Shown: one piece after another, positions 11,075-20,000 of the stretch
Position numbering within the stretch: the stretch's first letter is position 1
How the letters are laid out: each line of letters begins with the position of its first letter
Assembly: GCF_004010195.1 (NCBI RefSeq)
Contig: NC_057758.1
Span: 574,670 to 594,669 of the forward strand
Length of the DNA: 20,000 bases
Reading direction: 5' to 3'
DNA from: Chiloscyllium plagiosum
Lineage: Eukaryota
Notes under the pieces: model-generated
Database searches by the model: none
Seen by the model: the letters and a program-made list of their open reading frames with translations, nothing else
What the model was told of the DNA's origin: nothing
Made by a program: the position numbers and the translations under genes

Positions 11075-12045
11075 TTTGATCCTCGAGAGAGTTTAGTGCA
11101 GGTTTGCAAGGATGATCCCTGGACTTCTTATTAAGGAGAGATTGGACAAATTATATCTTTACTTTCTTGAATTTACAATGTTGAGGGGTGATATAAACGA
11201 AGTCTTCAGGATACTAACAGGGCAAAAACATGCTCGATAGAAATAAACTATTTTAACAGATTGAGGTTGAAGTCAAAATGTGCTGGGACAAAATCCGGAA
11301 ATGCTCTCCCTAAGGGTATTGAAAGTTTTCCTACAGAATCTGAAATGCATCCTTTCAAGAATGCAGCTCAACATCACGTTCTCAAGAGCATCTAGGACAA
11401 TAATCGCTGTTTTAAGCCAGTGACGTCTACGTCGTAGTCCAAAAATTAAGGCCAGTTCATTCAGGACAGATGATAAAAAAAAATCCATGCACAAAGACTC
11501 ATGAAGGTTTGAAATTCTCTGCCTCAACCCGTGTTCGATGCTCATTCAATTGTTTTTTTTTCAACTGAGAAATGGACTTATGAAGATTTATTCATAGAAT
11601 GTCTGTGTCACTGGCGAGGCCAGCATTTATTGCACATAGTCAGCGATATACTGGTCGGTCTGAAGCCACATGTAGGCAAGACCAAGTAATGATGGCAGTT
11701 TCCTTCTCTGAAGGATACTAGTCTACCAGATGGTCATTCAGAAAATTAACAACGGATTCACGCTTACCATTAGACTTTTAATGACGACTACATTCCTATT
11801 GTTATCAAATTCCACCATTTACTATAGTGGGGCGCGAACGTGCGTCCCTAGAAACATGAGCAGAGTGCCTGGATTAACAGTCCAGCAACATTACCAGAAG
11901 GCGACCATCTCTCCAACAGTAATAATGGTAGCAAGGATATTGGACCAAGGAAGGCATATGGAAACATCCCACAGATCACCCATTACATTATTGAGTGGCT
12001 GAGAAAAATCAAGGGGCTGAATGAACCACTCCTGTCCCTATGAAG
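11075..12045 (+). mobile_element. Old CR1 3' fragment interrupted by a SINE
   Basis: gagagattggacaaa..gttgaggggtgatataaacgaagtcttcagg; ttcaggacagatg..; the 3' tail resumes at about 11920 and ends caaggggctgaatgaaccactcctgtccctatga. Confidence 0.65.
11590..11915 (-). mobile_element. tRNA-derived SINE
   Basis: Minus-strand head ggagagatggtcgccttctggtaatgttgctggactgttaatccag..gttcgcgcccc (decayed A/B boxes); body catctggtagactagtatccttcagagaaggaaaactgccatc..ttggtcttgcctacatgtggcttcagacc; tail caataaatgctggcctcgccagtgac. Recognised from memory as a common elasmobranch SINE; family name uncertain. Confidence 0.8.
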
Positions 12046-12989
12046 AATCCACTTCGATCTTTGTTAGTTCAAACATTATTCAGACCATTATCTCTGTTAA
12101 TTTTGTGATGTAAACGACTAAGATACACTTTAAACCTTTGCTACTAGATGTTGTTCCTTTCATTTCGTGTTCTACTCCTTGATAGAACCCAAAACTGAGT
12201 CAGTTGCTAATGCATCAATGAATTATGCCAACAGTGTAATCCAACCTCACACGAGGCCTTAAAAATGTGGATCGATGCCACAATCATTTTTTTTCTACCT
12301 CGAAGAGCGAAAACAATGATGTGTAAGACAGTAGTTTTGCTGTTAGGAAACCTGGTGTTGCCCTAAACCACCACCCACGATCCATTCACCCGTTCATCTT
12401 CCCTGCAAAATTATGTCCATCTCCCTGACGGTAAGCAGGGAAAACGGGCTTTAGAACTGTTTCCACTGTGCTCCCCAGGCGCATGCTGATCTTTGGTGGA
12501 TCATATGAGTTCTATCCATTCAAATCATCTATTGTATGTAACGCTGATTAAGGCAAGTATTTCACTCAGAAAACTATCCATTGGGATTCCCAACCTGTTT
12601 TAAAATTGCACTCTTGCATTCTTTCATATTACAAATATTGATAGCAAACAACCTGTTCCCTGTTATCGCACAGACAAGCTATAGATCAGCGGGGGTGATG
12701 TGGTGCATTTATTCTGAGCTAGAAAACTGTGTTAAAGTTCGACTTGCTCCAGAGATGTGTAATAACATCTCTGAACATGCTGCCACGAAAACATTGCCAA
12801 CACGCTTTTCAATGCATTCATAAATTCCCTTGATACTGATTTGAAATGGAATGAAGTATAACACTCCCAAGATCTTGCTAAAACTTGACATCATCTAATA
12901 AGAACACGGTTGTTCAATGTCATTATACCTTTCATTCATTAAAGAAAAATACACTGACATTTGAGCCATTCTGGCGAGGTTTCAGTGAT

Positions 12990-13155
12990 CAGAGAGAAAG
13001 ATAGATTTTCAATCATGCAGAGACTCGAGGAATTATCATTAAAAGGGAGGTAAGTGGAGTTGAGGCTGATCAGAAGTGCCATGTACTCACTGAATGGCAG
13101 AGAAAACGTGATTTGATGAATTACCTACTTTTGCTCATCCGTCTTTTCATATGAT
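12990..13155 (+). mobile_element. CR1 3' tail fragment
   Basis: gatagatttt..aagtggagttgaggc..gccatgtactcactgaatggcag..cctacttttgctc. Confidence 0.6.
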
Positions 13156-13189
13156 CTCTGCAGTTGGCTGAAGATTGTAATCATTCACG

Positions 13190-13370
13190 ATGTCTGTGAT
13201 CCACCACGTCTGTCCTTCTCCGCTCGATACCATCTTAATGAACTGCCGTTATTGGTCGTTCCTCATGATGTCTGCTCTATATTAATTTTCTTCTCTCTAA
13301 CACTAACCGTATTGATCATATCCTTTAAGATCGGTCTTGAAAATTACTTCTTTGAGCAAGAATCGCTCAG
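13190..13370 (+). mobile_element. L2-like LINE 3' fragment
   Basis: tcctttaagatcggtcttgaaaattacttctttgagcaag (SFKIGLENYFFEQ, cf. FK..LKTYLF). Confidence 0.45.
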
Positions 13371-13375
13371 CTTCC

Positions 13376-13620
13376 TATCATAGAAGTATCATAGAATATT
13401 ACAGTGTAACAGGGGGCCATTTGTCCCATCATGTGTGAGCAGCTCCAGAAAGAACTACCAAGTTGTTCCCATTATCCATCCCTGTGTTCATGTACCTCTC
13501 AGTTTATCATTTTCAAATATACGTCCATATCTTCTCTGAAACTTCCTGTGGATTCTGCTTCTATCACTCTCCCAGGCAACCCGTCTCAAATCCTCAAAGG
13601 TCTCAGAGTAAAAGAAATTA
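13376..13620 (-). mobile_element. CR1 3' end
   Basis: Tail tatcatagaagtatcatagaatattacagtg..ggccatttgtcccatc followed by CR1-like 3' sequence. Confidence 0.75.
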
Positions 13621-13959
13621 TTGAATTATGGACTTGGGCATCTGCCCACTTTTATGCCAGCCAAACCTTTCGATATCTTTCACTCCCTGAAGCAAACTGC
13701 TCCATAACCCCGCGGTCCCTCTTTCGAAGTATCTCCAGTTGGAATATAACTGCTCATCTCCTAATTGACGATAGCAATGTTTGGTTGAAACTGGAGCACT
13801 GCAACAATTCTTGTCTTCACAACTAGTTATTAGAATACACTTTAAGCACTCTGCACAGTTGTTAACCCAATAAGTTCGCGTTTGGATACATATTTAGCAA
13901 TTTACAATGTTCTAACATTTTCTTTAAAAGAAAACATCACGTGTCTGACCATTCATAGT

Positions 13960-14100
13960 TTCCGATAATAGAAGCTGGAGAAAGGCATTTGACTCGTCGA
14001 GCTTGCTCCGTCATTCATTAAGGTTTTGCCTGATCAGTTGCTCCTTCCTGCATTATCCCCATAAACCTTAATTTCATGAGCATTCAAAAACATCAATGAG
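13960..14100 (-). mobile_element. CR1 3' end fragment
   Basis: aatagaagctggagaaaggcatttgactcgtcgagcttgctccgtcattcattaagg. Confidence 0.6.
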
Positions 14101-14449
14101 CATTTTTCCTGTTTTATATTCTTTCATAATTCCAACATTTCAATGTATTTTAGAAGAAAGTTGCAGCATTAAAGCAGCGTGTGATACCCGTGTTTCAATG
14201 GGGGTCAAGGCTGCCTGTGTGTTGCATTCCATTCTAACATCAAAGAAGAAATTGCACCATGTAACACTGGAATGCATCTGGGATTCTGACTGCAGAGATC
14301 TGTCGTCTCAGCAATTCTCGCTCTATTTTATGGTCCCAATCCAATGAGCTCTGTCGCACTGCTTTCTCAACTATGTAAATGCAACTATGTGACACTGCGT
14401 TGCATTAATTTTCTATGACTTATTTCCTATTCAAGTCAGATTCTTGACA

Positions 14450-15000
14450 AAGTGACAGGCAGGAAGAGGTGATAAGGAAATCGGCAAGGTACATTGGCGG
14501 CCTTCACATTGCAGCAGCTTGGCGACTATGTAGGCTTTTGATTAGTACAGTTAGTGGAATGTGTGCACATCTTGTCACCATACTTCTGGAAGAATGTGGA
14601 AGCTTTGGAGTGGGTGAAAAAGAGGTTTTACAGGGTAATGACTGGACTGGAGAATTTCAACTTTAAAGTCAAGTTGGGTAGCTTGGATTGTTTTTGCTAC
14701 AGTGTCGGAAGCTGTGGGGTGGGGTGTGGGCATGACTTTATACGTTCTGGAACTTGGATGTTCTGGATTGATTGACGTTGGTATACAAGAAAATAATTAA
14801 CTCGGTAGTTATATCCTCTATCAATTATTATTTCAAGGCAATGGAATATAACTGATCAGTAGATATAATTTATTTAGACATGGCATTGATGATCCCACAT
14901 CTACTGCATTTCATGCAGATTTTATCGCCTTATTTAACGAATGTTAGCATTACTTTAGAATGGTGACAGCAGAACCAGTCTACAACGGTATTCATTTTCA
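14450..15000 (+). mobile_element. Two old CR1 ORF2 fragments (about 14450-14745 and 14800-15000)
   Basis: ORF 14554-14775 ECVHILSPYFWKNVEALEWVKKRFYRVMTGLENF; second fragment atttcaaggcaatggaatataa..cagattttatcgccttattta. Confidence 0.65.
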
Positions 15001-15299
15001 CATCATGGTTGGCAAGACTTAATTGTGTTCTGACTTATTTGTTTGTAAGGCAAAAGATAAGCGGGAAATACGGCGCGGCAGCATGTGATAGACACGAAAT
15101 TTTAGTGTGTATCGTTGGGAAACCAGAGGGAGTGGACATGAAGGCAACTTTATCGTAGAATGACAGAGAGATAAACGTTTACAGACGCATAAGGATGAAA
15201 TGAGAGTCAAAGACACATACGGTTTGTGACGAACAAATCTGTTTAATTCGGGAGAGAATCACTTAAAGTGAGATTGGGTGTGTTGAGAGTGTGCATGAA

Positions 15300-15530
15300 A
15301 GACAGAACCAGGAACAATCAAAAGCCAAAAGAGAAACAGAAAAAAAAACAAGACACCGAGAGCGCATTAGTGTGAAGAAGTGAGAGACGTGTCAGCTGAG
15401 AGTGAAAAGGGAAGAAACGGAAACACAAATAAGGAGTGAAAAAAAGAAAGGTGTTCACAGGGAGATCGAAGGAGGTGAAATCAAAGGCAAGAAAGCAAAA
15501 CCGAGAGAAAACAAAAGACACTTAGAAACT
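15300..15530. repeat. Purine/A-rich low-complexity tract
   Basis: Long A/G-dominated run, e.g. agagaaacagaaaaaaaaacaagac..gaaaagggaagaaacggaaac. Confidence 0.6.
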
Positions 15531-15984
15531 AAGTCAGACAGAACCATGAGCACTGGCAGCTGTAAACATATTTAGCAATCTGAGGCACAAGGTAAGGCAA
15601 TGTTCATGTCACAACAGCTGGAGGAGCTCGAAGATATCTAAAAACCAGACGCACAGCAGAATATTACAGAGGCAATGAGATTTGAATGCGTTGGTGAAAT
15701 GTCCACTTTTAATGAGGGCTCAACCTGCAGGAGTACATCATAAAAATCACGAGGTGCCCGGGGTACAGAACTTTAGAACAAGAATGCCAATTCTTATGAA
15801 TCTGGAGGTAGTTGCAATAATAGAGAGTGCTGCCCGCAAAGGGCATGGAGCCATGGAAGGCTTTCATCTGCTGTTGGTTAAAAATATTACAGATGACAAA
15901 ACCAAGGAAAGGGGTACAGGTATAGACGAGTAGTTTACGTGGACATGATCATGGAAACAGGAAGGTCGTATTGGAGAGAGCTTG

Positions 15985-16650
15985 AAAACATTTTGCGTAA
16001 AGATTTGTAGGTTGGTTGCCAGTTGTCGTAATTGTGGGTATGGTGATCAAGCTGGAAAGCTGATTTGATGAAGTTTCATTCCCTTTCTCTGCGACATCTT
16101 CAATGCTTTCGAACCTCTTGTGAAGCACTGCTGAACTGTGTCTTCCGGAATTTACTTGGCTCTGTTTGTGCTGTTTATGCTTGCGAGGTCTGGTTGTTTG
16201 TTTTCGTAGCTGGTACGTTGATGGAGATTGTGGATGAGTGCCATATTCCTTGAAATTTTGTCGCTGCCCGCTGTTTGGTTTGTCGGCTGTTGTCGTATTT
16301 GTAATCCCTTTCATCTTTGGTTATGGCTACCTCAAACAGCTGGTCGTGGCGTTTTGTGGCGAGTTGCTGTTCATGGCTGCAGATTGTGAGTTGTCTGCCT
16401 ATTTGTCTTGTGCAGCGTTGCATGCAGCCTTTGCATGCAATCTTGCAAAATACGTTACTTTGCACATGGTGGCTCAAGCGTCTTTTGTCTTGGTGAGTTG
16501 TTGAGTGAGCATGGCTGTCAGTTTATTGGCTGCGATGAATCCTAGTGATCAGAGAATTCTGGCTGTCAGTTGCGAGACATTTTTAATGCGAATTGGCGTC
16601 GCCAATGAGTTAGTTCGTGGTATGTCCGCATCACTTTGTTTGCCTGAAAG
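15985..16650 (-). mobile_element. Penelope-like element 1: RT thumb end, GIY-YIG endonuclease and 3' repeat
   Basis: IKNVSQLTARIL*SLGFIAANKLTAMLTQQLTKTKD..NVFCKIACKGCMQRCTRQIGRQLTICSHEQQLATKRHDQL..WHSSTISIN, cf. NVVYKIPC..C..YIGQTGR.L..RIHEH. Confidence 0.88.
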
Positions 16651-16654
16651 AATA

Positions 16655-18490
16655 CTAAAAGCAACTATGGATGTTGGAGAAATGAAACAAAAACAGAAAT
16701 AGCCTAGTCGTCACAGCAGCGGAGGCAGTATCTGTGAAGAAATATTAGAGCTAATCTTTCGGGTCCAATCAAACTTATTCAAAATTGATGATAGCTGTGA
16801 ATAGGATGTTGGTTTTATCCAGAAGTTCGGCACGGTGGTCGGGATGTGGGCAGGGTTAGTAAACGATAGAATGATATATTGAACATAGAACATGTTTGTG
16901 TAAAGTTGTGTGAAAACTGGGGAAAGGTGCTCAGGCTATAAATTTGTCAAAGTTGATATGAAGTCCATGGGAATGCAAGGCTCCCAAGTGAAAAGTGCTG
17001 TGCTTTTCTTTTACTGCATTGTACTTAACTGGACCAGTGCCACAATCCTGGGACACGGATATTCTTCACACAACATGGTGGCGTGTTGAAGTACCGAGCA
17101 ACAGGAACCTCGGGATCATTTTCTGCGTACAAACTATAGATGTTCTGCAAAGCTATCAATAATTCTGCTCTTCGTTTTGACAATGTATTGGAGAACACAT
17201 TGTGAGGACCGAATAAATCCATTGGGAGAAATGCAGGAAAAGCGCTGCTTACGTCGACGATGTGTCTGAGGCCATGGATTGTGAGAAGGACGGAAGTAAA
17301 CAGGTATGTCTGAAAAAATCTGCAAATGCACATGAAGGCATCTTGTGGCTCTGGGGATATGCTAAGAGAGAAGAAGAAGTTCGCCAGCGAGTACCGCAGG
17401 AACAGTCCTTGTTGAAGTTTGACAGTGGAGGTTAGGGCAATGTGTATCTGGTAGTCACAGCACACTGAAGGTGGAGGGAATGGCACCTCATGATCCTGTG
17501 GATATGGATGTTGCTGAAATTACAAGCAGGACACTATCGTTGCTGTTACAGTTTCGAGAAGGGATAAGGACTCAAGTTCAGGAGATGAATCAGAGATCCG
17601 GATGAGGGCCCTCTTCGCTACAGCCCTGTGTGTCCTAGGGAGAGGAAGAAGCGTTTTAAGTTGATTTGCGACCTTCGTATCATCTGAACACATGTGACAG
17701 AGACAGGGGGACTGCTGGAATGGAATAGAGACTTTGCAAGGAAGCAGGGTGTCAGAATGCACTTTCAAGGTAAGTGTGGGAGTCACTGATTTTGTATTGG
17801 ATGTTGGTGGCCAGCCCATTCCCCGAAATGGAAGGAGAAAGTTCGAGGAAGGAACGGGAGGAGTTGGAGATGGACTGGATGAAGGTGAGAAAAGCGTGTC
17901 ATACTTCTTATTCCTGAAGAAAGAACGGGAGGAGTTGGAGATGGACTGGATGAAAGTGAGAAAAGCGTGTCATACTTCTTAGTCCTGAAGAAAGTTACAG
18001 AAGTTAAAAGAGGCATTGTTCAGGATGAGATGAAAAGTCGACGACAGGGAGAGCGGTGTTGCAAAGCGAGAGGTCAGGCCGTTATGCCAGGAAAACCTCA
18101 ACAGCCCTGAAACCGTCCTGTTGTGGTGTCTGTGCATCAGGGGATTTCACATGCATAGTAAAGAGGAGGCTGTTGGAATCCGTGAGCTGGGAATTCTGAA
18201 ACTGGTGTGAAGTTCCAGAGGAACCACGAAATTCAGTCGGACAGGAGTGCACAAGGGAAATATAAATCGAGTTGAAGTAGGAAGACGTGAGTACTGACGT
18301 GCAGCAGAAGGCAGAGACAAAAGGTCTGATAGGTAGCCCTCATTGTGAATTTTCTGAAAGAGTTAAATGCGGGCTGTGTGCAGATGGGAGACGATGAGGT
18401 TCGAAGCAAAAAAGTGTTGATCACGAGATGAAATAAGATTAGTGGACAGCATCTAAAACGTATGAAAGTCGACGGTTCGTGCAGAAACAT
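16655..18490 (-). mobile_element. Penelope-like element 2 (different family): RT with internal deletion, GIY-YIG and 3' repeat
   Basis: ASNLIVSHLHTARI*LFQKIH, LLFTMH, LILNNASFN, LPCKVSIPF..CSDD, KQRFSCIS..IRSSQCVLQYIVKTKSRIIDSFAEHL, NDPEVPVARYFNTPPC; terminal segment aaacaaaaacagaaat..ggcagtatctgtg..tttcgggtcc. Confidence 0.88.
17853..17994. repeat. 71-bp tandem duplication with 2 mismatches
   Basis: aacgggaggagttggagatgg...cctgaagaaag at 17853-17923 and 17924-17994. Confidence 0.97.
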
Positions 18491-18507
18491 TTCGTCAGGA
18501 CAATGTT

Positions 18508-18570
18508 AGTATATTCAGTATAAGACCTGGTGGGTCATGTTGTGTCTGTAGAGGACTTTGTTTATGCCAG
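18508..18570 (+). mobile_element. Short CR1 fragment
   Basis: tattcagtataagacctggtgggtcatgttgtgtctgtagaggactttgtttatgcca, cf. IEYRSWEVML.LYRTLVRP. Confidence 0.55.
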
Positions 18571-19151
18571 GAACCAGAAAGGAGGTTAGTGGACAGAAAG
18601 GAGGGAGTAACTAAAACCTATATGGAACGAGACAACAAAGTCAGCGTGATTAAGGGGAAGAGTAGTGTAAATATATGGCTTAGTTTGAGGCATTCAGAAG
18701 CCTTTAATGATATATTTGGTTCAGTACTTATAATACAATGTTATACTTAACCATTAACTAGCACAGTGTGTAGTGTAACCCTTGTATGTACGAACAGTGG
18801 AAAAGTACTGAGTACATCTGACTTGTAAAGATAAGCTGATGTAAACACACAATAGGAATGACTTTTAATAAAGAGTAGTGTATACTGGCGGCCTTGGTAG
18901 CGGCTGGGAGAGTGAGGCAGACAGCGGGGGTGTTGCTGTTCTGTGAGTACAGATGCAGGACATGTTTTAAGCTGTGGTAAAAAAAAAACAAGAACTATTT
19001 CGCGCCACCTCCAGCAGAAAGAGGTTACATGGGGTCAGATATCCGGGAATGCGAGAAGGCAGAGAATGGAGTCAGGTCAACAGTCAATCAAGAAGACAAC
19101 CACACCTCAATGCTTGCACAATGTTCTGTGATTACATGACGTTTTGTACTG

Positions 19152-19158
19152 TATAAAA
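19152..19158 (+). promoter_or_regulatory. LTR TATA box
   Basis: TATAAAA about 120 nt upstream of AATAAA, as expected for a U3/R layout. Confidence 0.65.
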
Positions 19159-19274
19159 GACTGGGTTAGGGGCAGGATAGGGGTCAGACTTCGTGAACTG
19201 ACACACTCTGCTGTTTGTCAGGGACAGAAAGGTCGAGACGCAGCGCTCTGAATGCTTTATCCACTTACTGATAA

Positions 19275-19280
19275 AATAAA
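19275..19280 (+). terminator. LTR polyadenylation signal
   Basis: AATAAA 110 nt before the LTR 3' end. Confidence 0.6.
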
Positions 19281-19393
19281 CTTAAAGTGTGAGACCGAAT
19301 ATCTTCTCCTATTGCTTCATTTAAAGAACACGCAGGACTTGGCTCACACATAGAAGAAAGTAAGTTGGTAGATTGAGGTAAAGTCCAACAATT

Positions 19394-19411
19394 TGGTGAC
19401 CCCGACGTGAT
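19394..19411 (+). promoter_or_regulatory. Primer-binding site complementary to tRNA-Trp
   Basis: TGGTGACCCCGACGTGAT is the 18/18 complement of the vertebrate tRNA-Trp 3' end and is the same as the avian sarcoma/leukosis virus PBS. Confidence 0.93.
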
Positions 19412-20000
19412 GAAGACGGAGAAGTGACGGAAAAGAGAGAAAATAGAAACAATGGACAACTGATGTCTGATGACAACAAGAAGCGGCGCCGCATAAAAAA
19501 AGGTGAGCAGACGCCTGTTTATATCGAAGTTCTGCAATTGTAAATACTAAATTGATTGTTGTCATTATACTGCAAGTGTCCTAGTAAGAGTAAGTGGATA
19601 AAGTATTGATATAGTACGTACGGGTTTAAAGTCCCTTGGCGTTAGAGTCCCCATAAAAGCAACGAGGTACGTAAATGTGAGGAGGTTTAAAGTCCATTGA
19701 GCAGGATCTCATAAAGGCAACGCTCTATGATTGTGTTGTATGTTTTAAAACTTATATTGGGGAATGTACGGAGGGTGGCAGAAAAACCAGTAGTGTTTTG
19801 AAGTAAGGGTCGGTGGTGTCTCAGCGAGAGAGAGAGTTGGCAGTGGGAATCTAATGGTAACAACAGCGACACTGCTGATAAATCTCGCTGAAAGGGTCAG
19901 TTGCTCGGGTGTACTCCATACAAACTGACTGGCCACCGGATTTGTCTCTGATTGGGTTAGTTGCTCGGTTATATTATATCCAAACCAATTGACTGCTAGA
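19412..20000 (+). mobile_element. Untranslated 5' leader of the LTR element, continuing beyond the window
   Basis: No plus-strand ORF of 60 aa or more in the track; AG|GTGAGC donor at 19503; internal repeats and hairpins. Confidence 0.65.

Larger units (their letters stand above)
18931..19390 (+). mobile_element. 5' LTR of an LTR retroelement, probably an endogenous retrovirus (5' boundary uncertain)
   Basis: TGTTG (18931) and CAACA (19390) inverted termini, TATAAAA at 19152-19158, AATAAA at 19275-19280, PBS 3 nt downstream. Confidence 0.75.

Noticed and set aside
11840..11915. tRNA gene
   Set aside because: It is a decayed SINE head with no cloverleaf, continuous with the SINE body.
12440..12475. 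CACTGTG heptamer as a V(D)J recombination signal
   Set aside because: No nonamer at 12/23 spacing and no V, D or J coding segment.
16238..16504. Hydrophobic 88-aa ORF as a membrane protein
   Set aside because: It is antisense to the Penelope GIY-YIG relic.
19466..19530. CTGATGA as a hammerhead core in the leader
   Set aside because: No stem II followed by GAAA.

Overview
Eukaryotic, gene-poor, repeat-dense DNA; repeat families resemble those of cartilaginous fish (inference, not database-checked). No intact host gene is visible and most ORF-track entries are incidental frames over decayed transposons. In order: two decayed minus-strand Gmr1-type Ty3/Gypsy copies (gag-PR-IN order) flanking a composite CR1 LINE (1-7520); the Gypsy LTR split by a plus-strand CR1 carrying an odd inverted insertion (7524-9475); old CR1/L2/SINE debris (9750-15900) containing one unexplained 190-bp coding-like island; two minus-strand Penelope elements with hammerhead-like relics (15985-18490); and, at the right end, a well-preserved LTR with TATA and polyA signals, a perfect tRNA-Trp primer-binding site, a 10-nt palindrome, a splice donor and a structured leader. 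This last part looks like the 5' end of an endogenous retrovirus continuing past the window and is the most promising lead. Boundaries are by-eye estimates.
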